NCBI GenBank assembly: GCA_007126245.1
Contig: SLBP01000069.1
Coordinates: 1-48,580 of the forward strand
DNA: 48,580 nucleotides
Direction of reading: 5' to 3'
DNA from: Planctomycetales bacterium
GTDB taxonomy: Bacteria > Planctomycetota > Planctomycetia > Pirellulales > Thermoguttaceae
The notes below the pieces were generated by a model. It had not been told where the DNA came from, did not search any database, and saw only the letters and a program-made list of their open reading frames with translations. Position numbers and translations under genes: made by a program. Shown here one piece after another: positions 41,281 to 48,580 of this stretch (the first letter of the stretch is position 1; each line of letters starts with the position of its first letter).

Positions 41281-44145
41281 GTGGCAGACATCGCAACCAA
41301 CGGCGAGGCCCCGAGCCGCTTCGTGATCGGCTTCGACCTGGGAACGACGAACTCGGCGGTGACCTTCGTCGACAGCCAGCGGCAGCCCTGGCGGATCGAG
41401 ACCTTCCCCGTGCCGCAACTGGTGGCCGCCGGGCAGGTCGAGGCCCGGGAGACGCTGCCTTCGTTCCATTATGAACCGGCGGAGGGGGAGTTCTCTCCCC
41501 GCATGCTGCAGCTCGCTTTCCACGATGAGCCACCGGGCTACGTGGTGGGGTTCTTGGCACGCGACCAGGGCACCCTCGTGCCCGGGCGGCTGATCGCCTC
41601 GGCGAAGTCGTGGCTTTGTCACACCGGGGTGGACCGCACCGCGGCCATCCTCCCCTGGCAGGGGGCGGCCGACGTCATGCGGCTCTCTCCGGTCGAGGTC
41701 AGCGCCCGCTATCTGGGCCACGTGCGGGCGGCTTGGGACGCGGCGTTCCCCGAACACCCCATGGCGGAGCAGGACATCATCCTCACCCTCCCCGCCTCCT
41801 TCGACGAGGTGGCCCGCGAGCTCACCGTCAAGGCGGCGGCCCAGGCAGGACTCCCCCGCATCGTCCTCATCGAGGAGCCGCAGGCGGCCTTCTATGCCTG
41901 GATCTACAAGCACCGCGACGATTGGAGCGAACGCGTCACGGCCGGGCAGAAGATACTCGTCTGCGACGTCGGCGGCGGCACCTCCGACTTCACCCTGATC
42001 CGCGTCCGCCGCACGGACGACGATCGCGTGCAGTTCCACCGCGTGGCCGTGGGCAATCATCTGATCCTCGGCGGCGACAACTTCGATCTGGCCTTGGCCC
42101 GCCACATCGAAGAGCGCCTCGTCGGCGAAGGGGGGCTCGAGCCGCGGCAGTGGGCGGTCCTCGTCCGTAGCTGCCGGCACGTCAAAGAGGTCCTCCTCGG
42201 CGAGAACGCCCCGGAGAGCTACAGAGCCCACCTTCCGGGGAGCGGGGCGCGGCTCGTAGGCGGCGGCATGCAGGTCGAGGTGAGCCGCGGAGAGGTCCGC
42301 GACCTGATCGTCGAGGGCTTCCTGCCTGGGATCGCACTCGACGAGAAGCCGCTCCGCCGCCAGAGCGGCTTTCAGGAGTTCGGGCTGCCCTATGCAGCCG
42401 ACCCGGCGATTACCCGTCACCTGGCGGCGTTCCTCTCCGCGCACCGCCACGTGGCCCTCGACGACGCCGAGGCGGCACCTGCCGAAGGCATCGACCCGGC
42501 GCGGCCCGACGTGCTCCTCTTCAACGGCGGCGTGTTTGCCTCGCCCCAACTGCGGGATCGCCTCGTAACGGCCCTTTCGCGCTGGTTCGCCGGCGAGGGC
42601 GAAGCTGCCTGGCGGCCGATCGTCCTGGACCACGACCGGCTCGACCTGGCGGTGGCCCGCGGCGCGGCCTACTACGGGATGGTCCGCCGCGGCGAGGGGG
42701 TGCGGATCGCCGCCGGCCTGGCGCGGACGTATTACATAGGGGTCGAAGCGGCGCCGGGCGAGGTCGCAGCCCCGGCCACTGCCGAACCCCAGCCCACAGC
42801 CCTCTGCGTCGTGCCCGCAGGCGTCGAACCGGGGGGCGAGGTCGACCTGACGGAGCGGGCTTTCGACCTGGTGACCTCTGAGCCGGTGGAGTTCCCCCTC
42901 TTCGTCTCGAGCACGCGGCTCACCGACCGTCCCGGCGAGTTGATTCCCTTCGACCGCGAGCAGATGACCGCGCTGCCGCCGCTGCGGACGGTGCTCCGCA
43001 CCCGCAAGAGAAGCGATTCCCCCTTGGCACGGGTCGACCTCCACGCCCGGCTCACGGAGATCGGAACGCTCGATCTCTGGCTCAGCGAGAAGGCCGGGCG
43101 GCGGACGTGGCGCCTGCAGTTCGACGTCCGTTCGGCCACGCAAACGGACATTGCCGCGCGGGAGACGACTGCGGAGCGCGAGGGGGTGGTCGACGAGGCC
43201 ACATGGGAAGCCGCCGAGACACTGATCCGGGAGGCCTTCGCCCCCGGGGGGCGGGGGCGTCCGGAGTCGTTGGCCAAGGCGCTGACGCGGGCATTGGGAA
43301 GCAGCCGCCAGGAGTGGCCTACGTCGCTGCTGCGGCGGATCTGGGAGGCGCTCATGGACGTGGAGTCCGGCCGCCGCCAAAGCGCCGTCCACGAGGCCCG
43401 CTGGCTGAACCTGGTGGGCTTCGCCCTGCGCCCGGGCTACGGGCTGGCGGTGGACGACTGGCGGGTGGCGCAGACCTGGCGGCGGCTGTACGGGAAGCTG
43501 GTCCACCCCACCCCCATGTGCCGCGCCGAGTGGTGGATCCTCTGGCGGCGGATCGCCGGCGGCCTCTTAGCCGGTTGGCAGCAAACCCTGGCCGACCCTC
43601 TGCTGGCCTCGCTCCGCGGACTGCACCGCCAGGCGAGGGGCAAAGGGCGCGGCGGCGAGATGGCCTTCGGCTCGCACGAGCTGGCCGAGGTGTGGCGGCT
43701 CCTCGGTTCCCTTGAGCTGCTGCCGGTGCCCGTCAAGCACGAGTTGGGAACCATGCTCCTCGACCTGGCCGGGCGGCCGAAGTTGGAGCCGGTTCGCGGG
43801 GCGATCCTCTGGGCCGTGGGGCGGATCGGCGCGCGGCAGCCGGTCTACGGTCCCCTGAACACGGTCGTGCCCGCCGAAACCGCGGCCCGCTGGCTGGCCG
43901 CGCTGCTGAAGTCCGAGTTCGACGAGCCGCTGCTCCCGTTCGCCGTGCTCCTGTTGGCCCGCCGCACCGGCGACCGCTACCGGGATCTCGACGAGCGGAC
44001 CCGCGAGAGGGCGCTCGCCTGGCTGGCCCGCCGCGAGGCCCCCGCCCACTTCGCCGCGCTCATCGCCGAGGTGGGCCAGCTCGACGCCGAGGAGCAAGGG
44101 CTGGCTTTCGGGGAGTCGCTACCCAAGGGTCTGCGCATCCCTTGA
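41281..44145 (+). CDS. Hsp70-family protein, long paralog (954 aa) with ~450-aa helical C-terminal extension
   Basis: Track ORF with a GTG start. IGFDLGTTNSAV, EPQAAFYAW, DVGGGTSDFTLI, GGDNFDLALA. The C-terminal extension is Arg/Leu/Trp-rich and predicted helical. Confidence 0.85.
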   Translation: MADIATNGEAPSRFVIGFDLGTTNSAVTFVDSQRQPWRIETFPVPQLVAAGQVEARETLPSFHYEPAEGEFSPRMLQLAFHDEPPGYVVGFLARDQGTLVPGRLIASAKSWLCHTGVDRTAAILPWQGAADVMRLSPVEVSARYLGHVRAAWDAAFPEHPMAEQDIILTLPASFDEVARELTVKAAAQAGLPRIVLIEEPQAAFYAWIYKHRDDWSERVTAGQKILVCDVGGGTSDFTLIRVRRTDDDRVQFHRVAVGNHLILGGDNFDLALARHIEERLVGEGGLEPRQWAVLVRSCRHVKEVLLGENAPESYRAHLPGSGARLVGGGMQVEVSRGEVRDLIVEGFLPGIALDEKPLRRQSGFQEFGLPYAADPAITRHLAAFLSAHRHVALDDAEAAPAEGIDPARPDVLLFNGGVFASPQLRDRLVTALSRWFAGEGEAAWRPIVLDHDRLDLAVARGAAYYGMVRRGEGVRIAAGLARTYYIGVEAAPGEVAAPATAEPQPTALCVVPAGVEPGGEVDLTERAFDLVTSEPVEFPLFVSSTRLTDRPGELIPFDREQMTALPPLRTVLRTRKRSDSPLARVDLHARLTEIGTLDLWLSEKAGRRTWRLQFDVRSATQTDIAARETTAEREGVVDEATWEAAETLIREAFAPGGRGRPESLAKALTRALGSSRQEWPTSLLRRIWEALMDVESGRRQSAVHEARWLNLVGFALRPGYGLAVDDWRVAQTWRRLYGKLVHPTPMCRAEWWILWRRIAGGLLAGWQQTLADPLLASLRGLHRQARGKGRGGEMAFGSHELAEVWRLLGSLELLPVPVKHELGTMLLDLAGRPKLEPVRGAILWAVGRIGARQPVYGPLNTVVPAETAARWLAALLKSEFDEPLLPFAVLLLARRTGDRYRDLDERTRERALAWLARREAPAHFAALIAEVGQLDAEEQGLAFGESLPKGLRIP

Positions 44146-44156
44146 TCGGCGGCTGA

Positions 44157-46058
44157 TCAAGGGAAGCGCGCGGCGGCGGAGCTGTCGAGCCCGAGCTCGT
44201 CGAGGACGTGGCCCAAGGCCCAGCGGATGAACAGGGGATAGTCGCCTTCGGCGGCGAGCTCGCGGGTCACCGCCTCTTGGATCTGGGGCAGGACGGGCTC
44301 GGCCAGTTCGCCCAAGGCGGAGAGGGTCACGGCGGCGTAGAGCCGCACGTAGGGGTTATCGCTTTCCAGGCCCGCGGCAACGACGGTCAGTGCCTCGTCG
44401 GGCTCGCCGAGGCGCGTGAGGGCCTCGGCGGCGGTGAAACGGACCTCGGGAGCCGGATCGGCCAGTGCCGCGTCGAGCTCTTCGCGGTAGGGCAATGCCC
44501 GCTCCCCCGCCGCGAGCAGCCCCACGGCGGCCCAGAAGCGCACCGCGGCGTCGTGGTCGAGCAGCATGGCAAGGCGCGGCTCGAGCGCGCTGCGAGGCAG
44601 GGCAGCGTCGAGAAGCCGCTCGTCGAAGCCGCCGGGCTGCCGCGCCATGGTGTAGGGGGCGTCGTCGCCGCTGCGGCGGAACATCTCCGGCTCGGGGAAC
44701 AGCCCCAGATCGTTGGTCTGGCGCATCCAATCGAAGAGGGCGTCGCGGAGGCGGACGAAGGACGCAGGAGGCGGTGCATCGCCCGCGGCAAGGTTGTCGA
44801 GCTCGTGGGGATCGCGGCTGAGGTCGAAAAACTCGATGGGCGGCTTCGTGGGGGCCGTGAACTCGGCGGCGGGGCCCTCGAGCTCGCCGGCGGCGCGGAG
44901 GCGGCGGAGCTCCTGCCGCGTGGCAGTGATCTCCGAGAAGGTGCTCCGGGGCATCATGGGGCGGTGGGGCATGAAGTGGATGATCAGCTTGTACCGCCCG
45001 TCGGTGACCGCCCGGCTCATGTCGTAGACCTCGTCGACGCGGTCGGCGTAGGCGAAGACGTACGGCTGCGGCAGTCCCTCTTGCGGCCCGAGGAAGGCCC
45101 GCCCCTCGATGATCTCCGGCACCTCGACGCCGGCAAGGCTCAGGACGGTAGGGGCGAAATCCACGAAGCTCACCAGCCGGTCGACCGACTCGCCGGGTGC
45201 GGCCGGGGCGAGGTGCCGGTACTTCTCCGGGAAGTGGACGATCAGAGGGACGTGGATGCCCCCCTCGTAAAGCCAGCGCTTGTGCCGCGGCAGGCCGGTG
45301 CCGTGGTCGGAATAGAAGAAGACGATGGTGTCCTCGGCCAGCCCCTCCTCTTCCAGCTCGGCGAGGAAGTCGCCCACCAGGTAGTCCATGGCCGTGGTGA
45401 GGTCGTAGAGCCGCGCCAGGTCCTCCCGGACGGCGGGGGTGTCGGGATAATACGGGGGGACGACCATTGCCGCCGGATGGTGCCGCTCCTCGGGACCGAG
45501 CCGGGCCAGTTCGGGGATGTCCTCTTCGGCGAAGCGGATGCGGCTCTGATGCGTCGTCATGATGTTGAAGACGGCGAAGAAGGGCATCTCCGGGTCGGGG
45601 CGGTTCCGCCAGTGGGCGGTGGTGCTCGACTCGTCCCACGTCTCCGGCGGCGTGATGAACTGGTAATCCTCCTTGACGTTGTTGGTGCAGTAGTAGCCGG
45701 CCTCGCGGAGGTACATGGGGAAGGGCCGCACCTCCGGCGGCAGGGTGATGACGGTGCGGAGGTGCTGCCCGCCGAGGCTGGTGGCGTACATGCCGGTGAT
45801 GAGCGTATTCCGCGCCGGGCTGCAGACGCTGGCGTTGGCGTAGGCGCGGGTGTAGCGGACTCCTTCGGCGGCCAGCCGGTCGATGTGGGGTGTGCGTGCC
45901 TGCGGATCGCCGTAGCAGCCGAGTACGGCACTCAAGTCCTCGGCGGTGATCCAGAGGATGTTGGGGCGCTCGTCAGCGAGTGCTGTGCTCCCCCACACGG
46001 CCGAGGAGAGCAGCAGGACAATCGGCAGGGCGAGGCGGAGACCACTCGGGCGGCACAT
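44157..46058 (-). CDS. sulfatase (C-x-P-x-R) fused to a C-terminal HEAT-repeat region, with signal peptide
   Basis: Track ORF 44157..46238, with the start at ATG 46058 (GAGGAG SD). Signal peptide MCRPSGLRLALPIVLLLSSAVWGSTALA. Motifs: VCSPARNTLITGM, FFYSDHG. The C-terminal ~200 aa carry repeated A.VR..AA.AL..LG units (PBS-lyase/HEAT-like). Confidence 0.85.
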   Translation of the reverse strand: MCRPSGLRLALPIVLLLSSAVWGSTALADERPNILWITAEDLSAVLGCYGDPQARTPHIDRLAAEGVRYTRAYANASVCSPARNTLITGMYATSLGGQHLRTVITLPPEVRPFPMYLREAGYYCTNNVKEDYQFITPPETWDESSTTAHWRNRPDPEMPFFAVFNIMTTHQSRIRFAEEDIPELARLGPEERHHPAAMVVPPYYPDTPAVREDLARLYDLTTAMDYLVGDFLAELEEEGLAEDTIVFFYSDHGTGLPRHKRWLYEGGIHVPLIVHFPEKYRHLAPAAPGESVDRLVSFVDFAPTVLSLAGVEVPEIIEGRAFLGPQEGLPQPYVFAYADRVDEVYDMSRAVTDGRYKLIIHFMPHRPMMPRSTFSEITATRQELRRLRAAGELEGPAAEFTAPTKPPIEFFDLSRDPHELDNLAAGDAPPPASFVRLRDALFDWMRQTNDLGLFPEPEMFRRSGDDAPYTMARQPGGFDERLLDAALPRSALEPRLAMLLDHDAAVRFWAAVGLLAAGERALPYREELDAALADPAPEVRFTAAEALTRLGEPDEALTVVAAGLESDNPYVRLYAAVTLSALGELAEPVLPQIQEAVTRELAAEGDYPLFIRWALGHVLDELGLDSSAAARFP

Positions 46059-46225
46059 CAGGTTTTCTCCTCGTCGGGATGCGTGCGGGGGGGAGGAAGA
46101 CGCCCCACCAGCATACCCGCCTCCGCCAACCGTCCGCAACACAATCCGCGGTATTCGCCCTGCGGATCCCGCAGGAGGCGCTTCCCCCCCCGCCGGCGCG
46201 CAATAGCGCCAGCACCACCGGGAAC

Positions 46226-47704
46226 TTAGAGATGCCACCCTTTCCGATACACGTATCCCAGGGCGGCGTCGGCCTCGGCATGGTTCTCGATCGAGCCGTG
46301 CAGCGGGTTGTAGTCCAACGGGCCCTCGAACCGGGTGGCGACGTTGGCAAGCATGAGAAACTCGCTGAGAGGGGCGGCGTAGTCGAAGGCGGCCCAGGGC
46401 GGCGGGCCGCCGCGGCAGGCCGCCAGCCAGTCGACGTAATGCCCGCGGGATGCGGGGAGCGACGTCGGCCCGTCCTGTTCGACGTCGCGGAACCGCTCCT
46501 CAGGGAGCAGGGTGAAATCGACGTTGTGGTCGTCGCTGACCATGGCACCCTCGCTGCCGAGGATCAGCGCCCCCGCGGTCCGCAGCAGGCGGGCCCGCTC
46601 GTTCCGGGAAACACCGTGCTCCTCCAGGAGACTCTCAATCACGGTGCGGGAGCCGGGGCTCAGCTCTGGGGCGGGGCCCTGGTGCCAGGTGAAGGTGACG
46701 GGTGGGAGCCCGGCTCGTGCGGGGACTTCCCAACGGACGCGTTCCCATAGCGGGAAAGAGAGGTGGTTGATGCCCGAGCACTCGGCCTCGACCCGGATCG
46801 CCGCCGGCGTGGCATCGTGGGCCGCCGGCTCCCACAACGCGTGGACCTTCAGTCCCATGAAGGCGAGGTTGGCCGCGTGCGGGCCGAAGGTGCCGATGCC
46901 GCCGTTGGAGAAGTCGCGCCACTGGGCATAGGCCATCCACGCCGGGTGGTAGGGCCGCCAGGCGGCAGGACCCAGCCACAGGTCCCAGTGCAGCCGCTCC
47001 GGCACGGGGTGCTCATCCTGCGGCGGCTGCCGGTGGTCGGCGCCGCCGCGGGGGAACCAGACGTGGACCTCGCGGATCGGTCCGAGCGTCCCTTCCCGGA
47101 TCAGCTCGACGCCGCGGCGGAAGCGGCCGCTGGCGTTGCCCGGATTGCGGATCGAGGTGGCCACCCCCTGGCGTGCCGCCAGGTCCCGCAGCGCCCGCGA
47201 CTCGCGCGGCCTCAGCCCCAGCGGCCGCTCGCAGAAGACGTGCTTGCCGGCCCGCATCGCCGCCCCGCAGACGACGCCGTGCAGATGGTCGAAGACGGAG
47301 GTCACCACCGCATCGATGCCGTCGCCCCGGGTGTCGAGCATGCGGCGGAAGTCGGCGAAAACCGGCGGCGGATGGTCGGCCAGCCGCCGGTAGTAGTCGG
47401 CCGCGCGCCGCTCCCCGGCATCGGCGGCTCCCGCTCCCGCGTCGGCACGTTGCCGCCACGCCGCCAGCATCTCCGCCGGTTTCCGCTCGTCGGTATGGCA
47501 CAGGGCCGCGATCTCCAAGCCGTCGTAGGCATGCCCCGCGGAGAAAAAGTGCCCGGCGACGTACATGTCGCCCACGATCGCCAGACGGAGGCGTTCGTTG
47601 GCCTGGTAGCTCCAGGCCGACCGCGCCGAGGGGAGGATCACCATCCCGGCGCCACCGAGCATGCCGCGGGCCAGGAAGCTGCGGCGGGACACGGAGGGTT
47701 TCAC
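46226..47704 (-). CDS. Gfo/Idh/MocA-family oxidoreductase with twin-arginine signal peptide
   Basis: Track ORF. Tat motif SRRSFLARGMLGGAGMVIL. Rossmann LRLAIVGDM. Confidence 0.75.
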   Translation of the reverse strand: MKPSVSRRSFLARGMLGGAGMVILPSARSAWSYQANERLRLAIVGDMYVAGHFFSAGHAYDGLEIAALCHTDERKPAEMLAAWRQRADAGAGAADAGERRAADYYRRLADHPPPVFADFRRMLDTRGDGIDAVVTSVFDHLHGVVCGAAMRAGKHVFCERPLGLRPRESRALRDLAARQGVATSIRNPGNASGRFRRGVELIREGTLGPIREVHVWFPRGGADHRQPPQDEHPVPERLHWDLWLGPAAWRPYHPAWMAYAQWRDFSNGGIGTFGPHAANLAFMGLKVHALWEPAAHDATPAAIRVEAECSGINHLSFPLWERVRWEVPARAGLPPVTFTWHQGPAPELSPGSRTVIESLLEEHGVSRNERARLLRTAGALILGSEGAMVSDDHNVDFTLLPEERFRDVEQDGPTSLPASRGHYVDWLAACRGGPPPWAAFDYAAPLSEFLMLANVATRFEGPLDYNPLHGSIENHAEADAALGYVYRKGWHL

Positions 47705-47748
47705 GGCGGGCTCCTTGCATTCGTGGAACGATCGGCGGAGAGTCGGCA

Positions 47749-47776
47749 GCGATCGGGGCGCCCCCGATCGGGGCGC
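47749..47776. promoter_or_regulatory. tandem direct repeat CGATCGGGGCGCC x2 in the upstream region of the Tat oxidoreductase gene
   Basis: Read directly: 47749-47761 and 47764-47776, each containing the palindrome CGATCG. They lie 45-72 bp upstream of the minus-strand ATG at 47704. Confidence 0.25.
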
Positions 47777-48233
47777 CTACCAACGTACGACAAAACCGCC
47801 GCTCATTCCACGTGGTCGCGTGCGTCCGCCGGAGCAGCCGTTCGCAGGCTGCACGAGACTGCCCGCGGTGCCGGGAGAATGCCACGGCGTCCGGTAATCG
47901 CCGCGCCATGCCATCTGCCTCGCAGAATTTGCTCCTTCCCTCCCCTCCAGCACCATTCGTCGCATTCGTGTTATTCAACAGTCATGAACCGCCACCCGCC
48001 GGCCAAGCGGCAGAGCGCCCGCCGCCGGGGGAGTTGGGGAGCCGGGCGCTTGACAAAGCCCAGTACCGCGGCGAAGATCAAGGGCTTCAGGCTGCTGCCG
48101 TTGGGGGGCCGGGGACGGCGACGCACGCGCCTTCCCCGTGGGATCGGACCAATCGAGGCCCCGGTTCGTCCGGCGCCGCGTCCTTTGCCGCGGCGCTGTT
48201 TTCTTTGGGCCACCCCGCGTAAAGGAGGTTCGT

Positions 48234-48580
48234 TTGATCATCAAGTTGTCCGACGGCAGAGACCTGCCCATCGAGATGTACAAGGCGCGCGTCGTGCAGA
48301 AGACGACGCTGCCCCCCATCGCCCAGCGGCTCCGCGCCATCGAAGAGGCCGGCTACAACACCTTCCTGTTGTGGACCAAGGACATCTTCATCGACATGCT
48401 CACCGACAGCGGCACCAACGCGATGAGCGACAACCAGTTGGCTGCCATGATGGTCTCGGACGACGCCTACGCCGGCGGCGAGAGCTACCGCAAGCTGGGG
48501 GCCGCCGTCAAAGAGATCCTCGGCTTCGAGTATTACGTGCCCGCCCACCAGGGCCGCGCCGCCGAACACCTCCTGGCCAA
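48234..48580 (+). CDS. beta-eliminating lyase (tryptophanase / tyrosine phenol-lyase family), N-terminal 115 codons (continues beyond window end)
   Basis: Not in the ORF track because no stop falls in the window. TTG start 5 nt after AAGGAGG. Translation LIIKLSDGRDLPIEMYKARVVQKTTLPPIAQRLRAIEEAGYNTFLLWTKDIFIDMLTDSGTNAMSDNQLAAMMVSDDAYAGGESYRKLGAAVKEILGFEYYVPAHQGRAAEHLLA aligns along its whole length with the tryptophanase N-terminus. Confidence 0.8.
   Translation, partial: MIIKLSDGRDLPIEMYKARVVQKTTLPPIAQRLRAIEEAGYNTFLLWTKDIFIDMLTDSGTNAMSDNQLAAMMVSDDAYAGGESYRKLGAAVKEILGFEYYVPAHQGRAAEHLLA

Noticed and set aside
48050-48084. TTGACA ..17 nt.. GAAGAT promoter-like motif upstream of the beta-eliminating lyase gene
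   Set aside because: The -10 match is weak and planctomycete-type promoter consensus is poorly defined. Not enough evidence to annotate.
1-48580. CRISPR arrays, rRNA, tRNA
   Set aside because: No regularly spaced direct repeats were seen. No rRNA-like conserved stretches and no cloverleaf-compatible tRNA candidates were noticed in intergenic regions. The whole window was read.

Overview
This is a 48.6-kb segment of a high-GC chromosome (roughly 65-70% by eye). The gene content looks planctomycete-like: tandem DUF1559 modules, two sulfatases with C-x-P-x-R motifs, Tat-signal Gfo/Idh/MocA and DegT enzymes, and a murC-murB-ddl-ftsQ cluster with no ftsA/ftsZ after it. Left to right the window holds: the 5' end of rpoB (minus strand, absent from the ORF track); a ~1.4-kb low-GC islet with a small BON-domain gene and a UPF0316/DUF2179 membrane-protein gene; a 2159-aa gene in which an anti-sigma-like zinc finger and a Ser/Thr kinase are followed by a transmembrane helix and a long chain of pseudopilin-like domains (5x DUF1559, 2x GspG-like, 2x ExbD-like), with a >90%-identical internal duplication and a decayed terminal module; a hypothetical gene, GNAT, ftsQ-like, ddl, murB, murC and rsmE; an ExeA/GspA-like AAA ATPase; a sulfatase; a B12-binding radical SAM enzyme; a three-subunit [FeFe]-hydrogenase operon (NuoF-like, HydA, NuoE-like) whose HydA carries TSCSPGW in place of TSCCPxW; a SAF-domain gene and a sugar-phosphate isomerase; a 216-bp double-hairpin element with inverted-repeat ends, plus a truncated second copy 10.5 kb away; NfeD-flotillin; two Tat-signal proteins; pepP, accB and accC; a DUF2760 gene followed by two divergent Hsp70-family genes; a sulfatase-HEAT fusion; a Tat-signal Gfo/Idh/MocA oxidoreductase; and the 5' end of a tryptophanase/tyrosine phenol-lyase gene (also absent from the track). 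Most long ORFs in the track that lie antisense to these genes are high-GC shadow ORFs and were not called. No rRNA, tRNA or CRISPR array was seen.
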